From contig JACQPJ010000016.1 in NCBI GenBank assembly GCA_016207605.1, forward strand, positions 2,452 to 66,451: DNA of 64,000 bases, in the 5' to 3' direction. Shown here piece after piece: positions 39,046-52,076 of the stretch. The DNA is from Elusimicrobiota bacterium. Lineage in GTDB: Bacteria; Elusimicrobiota; Elusimicrobia; UBA1565; UBA9628. Every line of letters starts with the position of its first letter. The stretch's first letter is position 1. The notes under the pieces are model-generated. The model was not told the origin of the DNA. It searched no databases and saw only the letters and a program-made list of their open reading frames with translations. The translations under genes and the position numbers were made by a program.

Positions 39046-39492
39046 TCAGGTCGCGCGCCGGCTGCCGCGGACCTGCGTGAGCGCCGCGAGGAACCGGTCG
39101 GGGGTCAGTCCCAGTCGCGCCAGCAGCTTGGCCGCCCCGTCGCCGTTGTCCAGGAGGCCGAGCAGGAGGTGCTCGACGGAGACGAACTCGTCCCGCATCG
39201 CCTTCATGCGGTCCTCGGCCTTGGCCAGGGCCTTTTCCAAGTCGGGCGAGGCGTGCGGCTGCGCGCCGGAGGACTGCGGCTTCTTGGCCAGCGCGCGCTC
39301 GACCTCCCGCGCCGCGTCCGCGGGGTCCAGACCGGCTTTGCGCAGGGTCTCCGGGACGACGCCGTCTTTCTGGGCGAGGAGGGCGGCCAGCGCGTGCTCC
39401 TCGGAGAGCTCCTGATGCCCCCGCTCGCGGGCGAGCGCCTGGGCGTCCGCCAGAGCCTGCTGGTTTTTCACGGTCCAACATTCGGGATTCAT
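39046..39492 (-). CDS. Stand-alone Clp_N domain protein (ClpB N-domain homolog); ORF stops where the ClpB AAA modules would begin.
   Basis: MNPE start and two Clp_N repeats with the conserved EHLLLGLL motif. Confidence 0.5.
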   Translation of the reverse strand: MNPECWTVKNQQALADAQALARERGHQELSEEHALAALLAQKDGVVPETLRKAGLDPADAAREVERALAKKPQSSGAQPHASPDLEKALAKAEDRMKAMRDEFVSVEHLLLGLLDNGDGAAKLLARLGLTPDRFLAALTQVRGSRRAT

Positions 39493-39629
39493 TCCGTTCA
39501 TTTCATTATGGCGCTGCCCGCCGTCCCCCTCGCAACGATCATGCCCTGGCACGACGCTCGGAGCGGACCCGCGGTCCATTCGTTGCGGCCATGCTATGAT
39601 AGATACGCGAGGGGAACTGCGGGGGGCTT

Positions 39630-40073
39630 ATGGGCGACAAGGCGACGATCGGGATCCATCGGCGCATCCGGGATCGCTTGGCGCGGGTGGCGACGTCCTT
39701 GGGACAGGGGGAGGGGGTCGGGTGGGACGATCAGGCGAGCGTGGACCTGCCCCGGTTGGAGGCGCGGGAGCTGCGCCTGGAGGAAGCCGTGCGCAAGCAG
39801 GTGGAGGCGGACCGCGCTTGGGCCGAGGCTCTGGCCGCCGATGGGCGGGAGGAGGAGGCTGCGGCCTTGCGCGAAAGGGACGAGGAGGTCGAGCGGGAGC
39901 TCAAGCTCCTGCGCGCGGTGACTTGCTCCTGCGACGGTCGTCACGTCTATCCGATCCGCTGCGTTCTCGCGCGCCTGTCCGACACCGTCAAGCGCGTTCT
40001 GTCGTATCATGAGGGACACGCATGCCGATGCTCCGGCGCGGGCGGCACAAAGCCGCCCCGTGCGGAGCCCTAA
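39630..40073 (+). CDS. Hypothetical protein with a C-terminal Cys/His cluster.
   Basis: CSCDGRHV...C...HEGHACRC motif; no family recognised. Confidence 0.3.
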   Translation: MGDKATIGIHRRIRDRLARVATSLGQGEGVGWDDQASVDLPRLEARELRLEEAVRKQVEADRAWAEALAADGREEEAAALRERDEEVERELKLLRAVTCSCDGRHVYPIRCVLARLSDTVKRVLSYHEGHACRCSGAGGTKPPRAEP

Positions 40074-40085
40074 GGAGGTGGATGC

Positions 40086-40622
40086 ATGAAGCCGATCGCT
40101 TGCGCCGTCCTCGCGGCCAGCCTGCTGGCCGTTCCGTTTGCCGTCTCGGCGGCGCGTCACGAGGGCCCCCCGTCTGAAGACGGAATGGGGAAGCGCCTTG
40201 AGGAAGAGCTCGGGCTCAATGACGCCCAGGCCGCGCAGGTAAAGACCGCGTTCAAGTCGCACCGGGAAGCGGCCAAGTCCCTGCGCGAGCGGCTCAAGAC
40301 CGCCCTGCGGCGTCTGCGCGCTCAGATGGACCTGGAAGCGGGGGACGCCAAGATCGCGGCCGCCCTCGAGGAGGTCGAGGCAGCCCGCGCGGCCGTTCGC
40401 GACGAGGGCGAGAGACTGGCGGTGCGTCTGAAGTCCTTGCTGACCCCGGCCCAACGCGCCAAGCTCATGCTCAAGCGGGAACATGGGCCCCGGCGCGGCA
40501 TGGAATCCCGGCGCGAGGACCCCGGCCGCGGCCGTTGGAAGCAGCGGTCCGACGATGACGCGCCGCGGGGCCGTCCCGCGCCGCCGGACGCCGACGAGGG
40601 CGACGGCGAACAGATGGATTAG
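40086..40622 (+). CDS. Periplasmic Spy/CpxP-family (LTXXQ motif) protein.
   Basis: Signal peptide; two LxxxQ motifs (LNDAQ, LTPAQ). Confidence 0.55.
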   Translation: MKPIACAVLAASLLAVPFAVSAARHEGPPSEDGMGKRLEEELGLNDAQAAQVKTAFKSHREAAKSLRERLKTALRRLRAQMDLEAGDAKIAAALEEVEAARAAVRDEGERLAVRLKSLLTPAQRAKLMLKREHGPRRGMESRREDPGRGRWKQRSDDDAPRGRPAPPDADEGDGEQMD

Positions 40623-41314
40623 GTCCCCGGTCTTTCCCGCAGGCGTTGCCGGAGTTCTTCGATCTGCTGGACCGCCCGGGGGTGCTCCGCCTCGTCCCGC
40701 GGGTTGGCGCGGATTTTTTCCCAGAGTTCGAGCGCGCGGGCAAGGTCGCTGCGGGCCTTGTAGAGGTTGGCCAGGACCACGCGCATCCGGGTAGGCGCGC
40801 GCGGGTCGTCGAAGCTGGCGTCGAGCAGGGCGAGCATGCGCGCGTTGTCGCCCTTGCGCTTGTAGGCCATCGCCGCCAGGTAGGTCCGGCAGAGAGGCTC
40901 CGCGGGATCGCGCCGCAGGCACTCCCGCAGGATGTCGACGGCCTCGTCCACGCGCTCGACGCCGCGCAGCCAGCCCAGCACCCCGGCGCCGTAGAGATAG
41001 GCCCGGTGGAAGGCGGGGTCCAGGCGCGCCGCGCGCAGGCTGAGATCTTGGAGATGGTGGTAGGGCCGTCTCGGGGGGTCCGTCAGTTCCGGGATGCCGC
41101 CGCCCGCGTACTGGAGCATCTGGACCCAGGCTAGGTCGGCCGCGACCGCGCGCAGGCCCGCGCTCGCCAGCGCCGCGTCCTCTTGAACGAAGGGCGTGCG
41201 GGGCAGCTCGGCCAGCGAGGGGAGGCTCGGACTCTCGCGCTCGAGAGCAGACCCCGCCGCCAGCGCGAGCGCCGCGCCCAGCCCGAAGACGGCGAGGGCC
41301 CGCGGCGCCCGCAT
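40619..41314 (-). CDS. Hypothetical secreted helical-repeat protein, last gene of the ABC operon.
   Basis: Signal peptide MRAPRALAVFGLGAALALA; 1-nt overlap (TAATG) with the permease gene. Confidence 0.4.
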   Translation of the reverse strand: MRAPRALAVFGLGAALALAAGSALERESPSLPSLAELPRTPFVQEDAALASAGLRAVAADLAWVQMLQYAGGGIPELTDPPRRPYHHLQDLSLRAARLDPAFHRAYLYGAGVLGWLRGVERVDEAVDILRECLRRDPAEPLCRTYLAAMAYKRKGDNARMLALLDASFDDPRAPTRMRVVLANLYKARSDLARALELWEKIRANPRDEAEHPRAVQQIEELRQRLRERPGT

Positions 41315-42078
41315 TAGAACTCCTTCTGCTCGAAGAGCTGCGCGGACAGGGCCAGGCAGGCGGCGCTGTAGCCCAGGACGTAGATCAGGGCCGCGCCCAT
41401 CCAAGCCGGGGTGGGCAGCCCCGCGTGCCAGACGTCGCGATAGTTGAGGCGGGCGAAGTCCGGGGCCGCGCGCGAGACGATCTCGATCATGGTCCGCAGG
41501 AAGGCGCTCCCGGACTTCTCGGCGAGGAAGTGCATCTCGGCGGTGAAATGGCCCAGGACCCACAGGGAGAGGGAGAAGGACATGGCCGCGGCCTCCGAGG
41601 TGAGCGCCAGCGACAACAGGAGGGCGAGCGAGCCCATCACGACGGTCTTGCCCAGGGAGCAGAGCCAGGCCAGCAGGTAGGAGCCGCCCCCGCCCCAGCC
41701 CAGCAGGCGCAGCAGCCCCCAGTGCAGGAGGCCCAGGGCCGCCATCCCCAGCCCCACGGCGGCAAGCGTGCCGAGGAAGCGCCCCAGAAGATAGTGGGGG
41801 CGCCGCACGGGATGCGTCAGGATGAGGAAGATGGCGCGCGACTCGATCTCGCGCAGGACCAAGTGCACGGTGAGAAAGACCACGGAGACCAGGGCGATCA
41901 TCTCATTGGCGGCCAGGCCCAGGTCCAGCATCATGCGGGCGCGCTCCTCCTGGGCGAGCGCGGAGGCCACGAGCCCGCCGCCGCCCAGCGCCAGCCCGAA
42001 CAGCGCCAGGGACAGCCACGCGCGGTGGCGCACGTGCTCCTTGAACGTGTAGGAAAAGACGGCTCGGATCGCGCTCAT
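41314..42078 (-). CDS. ABC-2 family transporter permease.
   Basis: Six-TM hydrophobic profile; ATGA overlap with the ATPase gene. Confidence 0.65.
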   Translation of the reverse strand: MSAIRAVFSYTFKEHVRHRAWLSLALFGLALGGGGLVASALAQEERARMMLDLGLAANEMIALVSVVFLTVHLVLREIESRAIFLILTHPVRRPHYLLGRFLGTLAAVGLGMAALGLLHWGLLRLLGWGGGGSYLLAWLCSLGKTVVMGSLALLLSLALTSEAAAMSFSLSLWVLGHFTAEMHFLAEKSGSAFLRTMIEIVSRAAPDFARLNYRDVWHAGLPTPAWMGAALIYVLGYSAACLALSAQLFEQKEF

Positions 42079-42842
42079 GCGAGATGAATCGGCCCGACCC
42101 CGTCGGTGCGCGTCACGGTCTGGGCGAAGATGGATTCGATCGCATTGGGCGCGCCCTCCCAGTCCCTGCGCTCCAGCACTCGGGCCAGGCGCCCTCCGTT
42201 GAGGATGCCGATGCGGTCGCAGACCCTCTCCACCTCCGACATGTCGTGCGAGGACAGGAGCACGGTCTTGCCGCGGCCGCGCAGCCAGAGGACGACCGCC
42301 CGCATCTCCTGGATCGCCAGCGGGTCGAGTCCGGTCATGGGCTCGTCGAGGACCACCAGCTCCGGGTCGTGAAGGAGGGCCTGGGCCAGGCTCGCGCGCT
42401 GGAGCATCCCCTTGGAGTAGGAGGACAGCCGCGTGTCGCCGGCGCGGGACAGGCCGACCTGGTCGAGCATGCGCGCGACGCGCTCCTCGCGCCCCCGCGC
42501 CGGACGGCGCGCGAGCGCGTCGAAGAGCCGCAGGGTTTCGCGGCCCGTGAGGGCGGCGTTGAGGTAGGCGGCTTCCGGGGCGTAACCGACGCGGGCCAGG
42601 GTGTCGACGTCCCCCGCGCGCCGACCCAGGACCTCGACTTCCCCGGTGGTGGGCAGGTGCAGTCCCATGAGGAGCTTGATGGCCGTGGTCTTGCCCGAGC
42701 CGTTGAGTCCCAGGAGGCCGAACACCTCGCCGCGGCGAATCTTCAGATCGAGGCGCAAGAGGCCGATGGTCTCGGTCACGCGGCCCAGATGCGAGCGGCG
42801 GTAGACCTTGCCCGCCCCGCGGAAGGCGGCGGCTTCGCTCAT
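42075..42842 (-). CDS. ABC transporter ATP-binding protein.
   Basis: Walker A GLNGSGKTT, signature SYSKGMLQR, Walker B VVLDEP. Confidence 0.8.
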   Translation of the reverse strand: MSEAAAFRGAGKVYRRSHLGRVTETIGLLRLDLKIRRGEVFGLLGLNGSGKTTAIKLLMGLHLPTTGEVEVLGRRAGDVDTLARVGYAPEAAYLNAALTGRETLRLFDALARRPARGREERVARMLDQVGLSRAGDTRLSSYSKGMLQRASLAQALLHDPELVVLDEPMTGLDPLAIQEMRAVVLWLRGRGKTVLLSSHDMSEVERVCDRIGILNGGRLARVLERRDWEGAPNAIESIFAQTVTRTDGVGPIHLA

Positions 42843-43185
42843 GGGGCTTGGAGCGCGCCGCAGGCGCCGGCGATCAGCAGCGCGGTCGCGGCCAGGCGTC
42901 GTCGTCGCGCGAAGAGCTCCTCCGCGCGCGACTCGGAAACCGAGAGCAGGCGCCGCCGCTCGGCCGCCGCCGCGGCCGAGACCAAGGCCAGCGCCGCGGC
43001 CGCCGCGGCCGCGGAGCCGGTCGCGGCCGCGGCGCGCAAAGCGGCCGAGGGGGCCGCCGACGGCAGCAGGGGAGCGGCCGCGGTCCCCCACGTCCAGCCC
43101 AGCCCGGCCCAGGCAGCCGCCGCCAGCAAGGAGGAGGCCGCCGCGCCCGCCCAGCCTCCCGCCGCGGCCGCGGCCGCGGCGCCGC

Positions 43186-43890
43186 TCAGCCAAGGCGCCG
43201 CCTCCGGCGCGGGGCGGCCGGCGGCCAGCGCCGCGCCCGCGACGGCCGCGAGCGCGGCCGTGAGGGCCGCGGACCGCCGGGCCGGGCCCAGAGCCAAGCC
43301 CAGGGCCAGCAGGGCGGGCCAGGCCGCGGCCGCCCCCAGAACGGCGGCCGCGCCTCGTCGGCGCGCAGGGAGAAGGAGACCGAGCCGGGGCGCAGGGCAA
43401 AGCGCCGTCCCGCGCCGCGGACGCGCACGACCGTCGCGAACTCCTGGTTTTTGGGGAACGGCTTCCCTTTTAGGTGCTCCAGCATCTCCTGCCGGTACTC
43501 CTCGTAGAAGTCCGCCTCCCCCGCGAGCGCCGCGCCCGGGGGCGGGGGCGGGTAGGCCAGGCGCAGGCGGACCTCGCCCTGCTCGTTGATCTGCCAGGGA
43601 CGCTGGACGTAGGACGCCGCGACCAAGCGTCCCGTCAGCGGCGCGCCGTCGGCCCGCAGGCGCAGACGCGCGTTGACGTACGCCTCGGCTCGGGCCCGCG
43701 TTTCGCCGCTCCAGCCTGAGAGAGGCAGGGGGTGGATCTGCAGGACTTCCTCGATCCAGTAGATGGAGTCCGCGCGCACGTCCGCGACCAGGCGCTCGGG
43801 CTCCAGGCTCAGCGTCACGCGCGCCGGGGCGATGGGGTAGAGATGGGCGGCCGCGGGAAGCGCCGCGAGCAGGAGAGCGGCGATGAGCAT
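43186..43890 (-). CDS. Hypothetical secreted protein; 3' end uncertain because of overlapping GC-rich frames.
   Basis: Signal peptide MLIAALLLAALPAAAHL. The ORF-track C-terminus is a low-complexity Pro/Arg tail that may be spurious. Confidence 0.35.
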   Translation of the reverse strand: MLIAALLLAALPAAAHLYPIAPARVTLSLEPERLVADVRADSIYWIEEVLQIHPLPLSGWSGETRARAEAYVNARLRLRADGAPLTGRLVAASYVQRPWQINEQGEVRLRLAYPPPPPGAALAGEADFYEEYRQEMLEHLKGKPFPKNQEFATVVRVRGAGRRFALRPGSVSFSLRADEARPPFWGRPRPGPPCWPWAWLWARPGGPRPSRPRSRPSRARRWPPAAPRRRRRLG

Positions 43891-43936
43891 AGCGCGGGAG
43901 GATACTACAACATTCTTAATGCTAGCATCCCGCACA

Positions 43937-44488
43937 ATGGGCCCCTGGGACGCCCTCGCCGCGCTCGACGCCTGGCTGCTCCTCAAGATCAACCGCGCCT
44001 GGACGAGCCCCTTCCTCGACGCGGCCATGCCCGCGCTCACGGACCTGCACAAGCTCGCCTGGTTTTGGTTCGCGGCGCCCGCCGCGCTCGGCCTCTGGCT
44101 GTGGCGGGGGCGCCGCCGCGCCCTGCAGGTCCTTGTGGTCCTGGGCCTGGCCTGCGGTTCGGCCGACCTCCTTTCCTACCGCGTCCTCAAGCCGGCCGTC
44201 CGCCGCCTGCGGCCGTCCGTCGCGGGCCAGCCCGTCGTCCTGCGCGCGCCCGTGTCGGGCAAGCCCGGCTTTCCCTCCAACCACGCCGTGAACATGGGGG
44301 CGGGCGCCGCCGTGCTCTCGAGCGCCTATCCCCTGGGCGCTCCCCTCTTTTGGGCCGCCGCGGCCGCCGTCGCCTACAGCCGCGTCTACTGCGGCGCGCA
44401 TTACCCCGCCGACGTCCTGGCGGGGCTGGCGCTGGGCGCCCTGGTCGGCTGGCTCTGGGCGGCGCTGCTCAAGCGCTGGCTGCGCTGA
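43937..44488 (+). CDS. PAP2-family phosphatase (undecaprenyl-diphosphatase-like).
   Basis: KxxxxxxRP, PSNH and SRVYCGAHYPADV motifs. Confidence 0.65.
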   Translation: MGPWDALAALDAWLLLKINRAWTSPFLDAAMPALTDLHKLAWFWFAAPAALGLWLWRGRRRALQVLVVLGLACGSADLLSYRVLKPAVRRLRPSVAGQPVVLRAPVSGKPGFPSNHAVNMGAGAAVLSSAYPLGAPLFWAAAAAVAYSRVYCGAHYPADVLAGLALGALVGWLWAALLKRWLR

Positions 44489-44515
44489 GAGGACGACGCC
44501 CGCCGGGCCGCTCCC

Positions 44516-47738
<3,223 letters not shown>

Positions 47739-47746
<8 letters not shown>

Positions 47747-48851
47747 GCAGGGCCTCCCGGCGGTTGATCATCAGCGCCCGGAAGCGCTCGAAGAGGTAGC
47801 GGCTGTCGTGCGGCCCGGCCGAGGCCTCCGGGTGGTACTGCACCGAGAAGACGGGCAATTCCATGTGCGCCATGCCCTCGGAGGTGCCGTCGTTGAGATT
47901 CACATGCGTCGTCTTTACTTGCTTGGGCAGGGATTTCAGGTCCACGCAGAATCCGTGGTTCTGCGACGTGATCTCGATCTTGCCCGTCGCGAGGTCCTTG
48001 ACCGGATGGTTCAACCCGTGGTGCCCGAACTTGAGCTTGAAGGTCCTGCCGCCCAGCGCCAGGCCCAGGAGCTGGTGGCCGAGGCAGATGCCGAAGATCG
48101 GCAGGCGCGCGTCGAGCAGGCCCTTGATCGCGTCGACGCCGCGGGTCACGGGCTCGGGGTCGCCGGGGCCGTTGGAGAGCAGGACGCCGTCGGGCTTGAG
48201 GCGCAGGATCTCCGCGGCGCCGGTCGCGGCGGGAACGACCGTGGCGCGCGCGCCCATGGCCGCCAGTCCGCGCAGGATGCCGTACTTGACGCCGAAGTCC
48301 ATCACCGCGACGTGGAGCGCGGGCTTGGCCGGGGCGTTCTCCTCCCACTCGTAGGGCTTCTCGCAGGTCACGACCTCGGCCAAATTTTGTCCCGTCATGG
48401 AGGGCAGGGCGCGGGCCTTGGCGACGAGGCGCCTGGGATCGGCGTCCAGCGTCGAGATCACGCCGCGCAGCGCGCCTTTCTCGCGCAGGCGCAGGGTAAG
48501 CGCGCGGGTGTCGACGCCCTCGATGGCGACCACGCCGTGCTTGCGCAGGAAGTCGCCCGCGGACTCGACCGACTCGTGGTTGGAGGGGCGGCGGCAGAGC
48601 TCCCGCACGACGAAGCCCGACAGCCGCGGCCGCGCCGACTCGTGATCGCGCGCCGTGATGCCGTAGTTGCCGATGAGGGGATAGGTCATCACGACGCACT
48701 GCCCGGCGTAGGAGGGGTCGGTCAGCACCTCCTGGTAGCCGGTCATCGCGGTGTTGAACACGAATTCCCCGCCCGCCTCGCCCGAGGCGCCGCAGGCCTC
48801 GCCCACGAGCACCGTCCCGTCCTCCAGCGCCAGCCACGCCTTATTGTTCAT
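47739..48851 (-). CDS. carA: Carbamoyl-phosphate synthase small (glutaminase) subunit.
   Basis: CPSase small-chain N-domain plus class I glutamine amidotransferase (GICLGHQLL). Confidence 0.9.
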
Positions 48852-48852
48852 T

Positions 48853-51033
48853 TTAGTGCCTGAAGTGCCTCATGCCGGTGAAAACCATGGCGAGCTTGTG
48901 CTCGTCGGCGGCGGCGATGACCTCCGCGTCCTTGACCGAGCCGCCGGGCTGGACCAGGGCGGTGATGCCCAGCGTCGCGGCGGCGTCGATGCCGTCGCGG
49001 AAGGGGAAGAAGGCGTCGGAGGCCAGCACCAGCGCCCTGGGCGCGGGGTTGTCGCGGCCCCAGAGCCTGTACTTGACGCCGGCCATGTGCACCGAGTCCA
49101 CGCGCGACATCTGCCCGGCGCCCAGGCCCACGGTCTGCTCGGGGCCGGCCAGCACGATGGCGTTGGACTTGACGTGCTTGGCGCAGGCCCAGGCGAAGCG
49201 CAGCGCGACGTCCTCGTCCGGCGTCGGGGCGCGCTTGGTGACGACCTTCCAGTCCGGCCCCGCGACGGCGCGGTCGGGCTCCGTGACCAGGACCTCGTCG
49301 CCGATGGAGCGCAGCTGCAGGGCCTTGGTCGGCGGTCGACTGCGCTCGAGCAGGCGCACGTTGGGTTTTTTCTTTAATGACTCCAGGGCGGCGGGCTCAT
49401 AGCCTGGGGCGACGAGGACCTCCACGAAGCGTTTGGAGAGAAGCTCGGCGATGGCGAGGGTGACGGGACGGTTGAAGGCCAGCGCGCCGCCGAAGGCGGA
49501 GAGCGGGTCGCAGGCCCAGGCCCGCTCGAAAGCCTCCTCGATCGTTTTGCCGATGCCGATGCCCGCCGGCGTGACGTGCTTGAACACGACGGCCGCGGGT
49601 TGATCGAAGTCGCTGACCGCGTCCCAGGTCCCCGCGGCGTCCAGCAGGTTGTTGTAGGAGAGCTCCTTGCCGTGAAGCTGCTTGAACGACATTCCGCTTT
49701 CGTTGGCGTAGAGCGCGGCTTTCTGGTGGGGGTTCTCGCCGTAGCGCAGGTCCTGGACCTTGGAGAGGCGGGGGCTCAAGTCCGCGGGGAAGGCGGCGCC
49801 GGTGGGCGCGGCCTGGGCGGACCAGGCGCTCGAGATCATGCCGTCGTAGCCGGCCGTGTGCCGGAAGGCCGCCAGCGCCAGGCGGCGGCGCGTCGGCTCT
49901 GAGAGCCGTCCCTGAGAGGAGGCAAGCTCCGCGAGCGTGCCGGCATAGTCTGCGGGCGAGGTGAGCACGGCCACGTCCTCGAAGTTCTTGGCCGCGGCGC
50001 GGATCAGCGCGACGCCGCCGATGTCGATCTGCTCGATCACCGCGGGATCGTACGCCGAGGGCGCGGCGGCGGCGGTCTTGGCGAAGGGGTAGAGATTAAC
50101 AACGACTAGATCGATGGGTTCCAGGCCGAAGAGCTCCGCCTCACGGATCTGGTTGGGGTCCTTGCGCCGCAGCAGGATGGCGCCGTGCACGCTTGGATGC
50201 AGGGTTTTCACGCGTCCGTTCAGGATCTCCGGGAAGCCCGTCAGGGATTCAAGAGGGCGGATGGGCACGCCCGCCGCGAGCAGGGCCTTGGCCGTGCCGG
50301 AGGTCGAGACGATCTCCACGCCCAGCTCGCGCAGGCCGCGCGCCAGCTCCACGACGCCGCTCTTGTCCGAGACCGAGATCAGCGCGCGCCGCGCCCGAGG
50401 CGAGGGGTCGGGCGGCGGAGGCAGGATCTCGGCGCGGCCGCCGGCGAGCTTGACCCGGCCCGCGCAGAGGAGCGCGACGGCCTGGGGGTAGAGGCGATGC
50501 TCCTGGACGAGCACGCGCGCGGCCAAGGTCTCCGGCGTGTCGCCGGCGACCACCGGCACGGCCGACTGCAGGAGGATGGGGCCGTGGTCGTACTCCTCGT
50601 CCACGACGTGGACCGTGGCGCCGCTGACCTTGGCGCCGGAGGCCAGGACGGCCTCGTGCACGCGGCGGCCGTACATGCCCGGTCCGCCGAAGGCGGGCAG
50701 GAGGGCGGGGTGGATGTTGAGGATGCGGCCGGGGAAGGCCTTGAGCAGGGGGGGGCGCAGCTTGAGCAGGAAGCCCGCCAGGCAGATCAGCTCCGCGCCG
50801 CGCCGGGAGCACTCGTGCGCGAGGAAGGCGTTGTACTCGTCCGGAGTCGGATGGTCGGCCGGGGCCGAGACCAGCGTCTCGACGCCCGCGGCCCGCGCGC
50901 GGCGCAGGGCGCCCGCATCGGCTTTGTTCGAGACGACCAGGACGACCTCGCCGCGCGCGCGCCCGTCGCCGCAGGCGTCGAGCAGGGCCTGGAGGTTGGT
51001 GCCCTCTCCGGAGGCGAAGACCGCGAGGTGCAT
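48853..51033 (-). CDS. purH: Fused PurN (GAR formyltransferase) :: PurH (AICAR formyltransferase / IMP cyclohydrolase).
   Basis: N-terminal roughly 200 aa are PurN-like (LVVSN...NIHPALLP); the remainder is PurH (MGS-like ISVSDKSG... then the AICARFT region), in one continuous 726-aa ORF. Confidence 0.75.
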   Translation of the reverse strand: MHLAVFASGEGTNLQALLDACGDGRARGEVVLVVSNKADAGALRRARAAGVETLVSAPADHPTPDEYNAFLAHECSRRGAELICLAGFLLKLRPPLLKAFPGRILNIHPALLPAFGGPGMYGRRVHEAVLASGAKVSGATVHVVDEEYDHGPILLQSAVPVVAGDTPETLAARVLVQEHRLYPQAVALLCAGRVKLAGGRAEILPPPPDPSPRARRALISVSDKSGVVELARGLRELGVEIVSTSGTAKALLAAGVPIRPLESLTGFPEILNGRVKTLHPSVHGAILLRRKDPNQIREAELFGLEPIDLVVVNLYPFAKTAAAAPSAYDPAVIEQIDIGGVALIRAAAKNFEDVAVLTSPADYAGTLAELASSQGRLSEPTRRRLALAAFRHTAGYDGMISSAWSAQAAPTGAAFPADLSPRLSKVQDLRYGENPHQKAALYANESGMSFKQLHGKELSYNNLLDAAGTWDAVSDFDQPAAVVFKHVTPAGIGIGKTIEEAFERAWACDPLSAFGGALAFNRPVTLAIAELLSKRFVEVLVAPGYEPAALESLKKKPNVRLLERSRPPTKALQLRSIGDEVLVTEPDRAVAGPDWKVVTKRAPTPDEDVALRFAWACAKHVKSNAIVLAGPEQTVGLGAGQMSRVDSVHMAGVKYRLWGRDNPAPRALVLASDAFFPFRDGIDAAATLGITALVQPGGSVKDAEVIAAADEHKLAMVFTGMRHFRH

Positions 51034-52076
51034 CAGGAAATCACGGCCTCGCTCTTGCCGGCGACGATCTCGCCGACCAGCCGCGCCTGCGGCAGGATTC
51101 GGCGGGCCAGCTCCAGGCTGTCAGGGCGGATCACGATCACGAGCCCCAGCCCCATGTTGAAGGTGCGCCACATCTCCCGGTCGGGCACGCGCCCGCGGCG
51201 CTGAATCTCGGCGAAGACGGGAGGCGGAGTCCAGGCTTGGCGATGGAAGACCGCCCGGCGCCCGCGGGGCAGGACGCGGGGCACGTTCTCGACCAGGCCG
51301 CCGCCCGTGATGTGCGAGAGGCCCAGGATGATCTTGCCCTCCGCGCGGAAGGCCCTCTGGAGCGACTGCACCGCGTCGACGTAGATGCGCGTCGGCGCCA
51401 GCAAAGTCCTGCCCCAGCGGCGCAGGTCCTTCTCCGGAAAGACGCGCCGCGCCAGCGAGTAGCCGTTGGAGTGCAGGCCCGAGGAGGGCAGGCCCAGGAT
51501 CAGATCGCCGGGGAAGATCTTGGAGCCGTCGATGACGTCGGCGCGCTTGACCAGGCCGACCGCGAAGCCGGCCAGGTCGTACTCGCCGGCCGGGTAGAAG
51601 CCCGGCATCTCCGCGGTTTCGCCGCCCAGCAGCACGCAGCGCCCCTGGCGGCAGCCCTCCATGATCCCGGCGATGATCTTCTTGGAGCGCTTGAGGTCCA
51701 GCTTGCCCGTCGCGTAGTAGTCGAGGAAGATCAGCGGCTTGGCGCCGCAGGTGATGAGGTCGTTGACCGACATGGCGACCAGGTCGACGCCGATGGTGTC
51801 GTGGCGGTCGAGGGCGAAGGCCAGCTTGAGCTTGGTGCCCACGCCGTCGGTGCAGGCGACCAGTTCCCAGGGCCCGTCGCCCTCAAGCTCCAGCGGGAAG
51901 AGGCCCGCGAAGCCGCCGATGGCCGGGGCCCGGCGCCGGATGTGCTCCACCAGCTTGTCGGCGAGGTCTATGTTGACGCCGGATTTTCGGTAGGTGAGGG
52001 CGCTATGGCGCCTAGGCCGCGACCCTTCGGGCGCGGCACAGACGCGGCCGCGGAAAGCCTTATAGCGTCTAGGCAT
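51033..52076 (-). CDS. purM: Phosphoribosylformylglycinamidine cyclo-ligase (AIR synthetase) with an N-terminal extension encoded by repeat copy D.
   Basis: The conserved N-terminus begins near LTYRKSGVNID; the only in-frame start is the ATG at 52076, inside the repeat. Confidence 0.8.
   Translation of the reverse strand: MPRRYKAFRGRVCAAPEGSRPRRHSALTYRKSGVNIDLADKLVEHIRRRAPAIGGFAGLFPLELEGDGPWELVACTDGVGTKLKLAFALDRHDTIGVDLVAMSVNDLITCGAKPLIFLDYYATGKLDLKRSKKIIAGIMEGCRQGRCVLLGGETAEMPGFYPAGEYDLAGFAVGLVKRADVIDGSKIFPGDLILGLPSSGLHSNGYSLARRVFPEKDLRRWGRTLLAPTRIYVDAVQSLQRAFRAEGKIILGLSHITGGGLVENVPRVLPRGRRAVFHRQAWTPPPVFAEIQRRGRVPDREMWRTFNMGLGLVIVIRPDSLELARRILPQARLVGEIVAGKSEAVIS
52012..52072 (+). repeat. 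Copy D of the CTAG-bounded repeat; supplies the pyrE stop codon and the purM start/N-terminal extension.
   Basis: pyrE stop CTA (TAG on the minus strand) at 52069-52071, within the terminal CTAG. Confidence 0.7.

Noticed and set aside
39540-39560. TGGCAC hexamer (ctggcacgacgctcgg) as a possible sigma-54 -24 element; similar hits near 7597 and 60981.
   Set aside because: No GC-containing -12 TTGCW element at the correct spacing in any of them.
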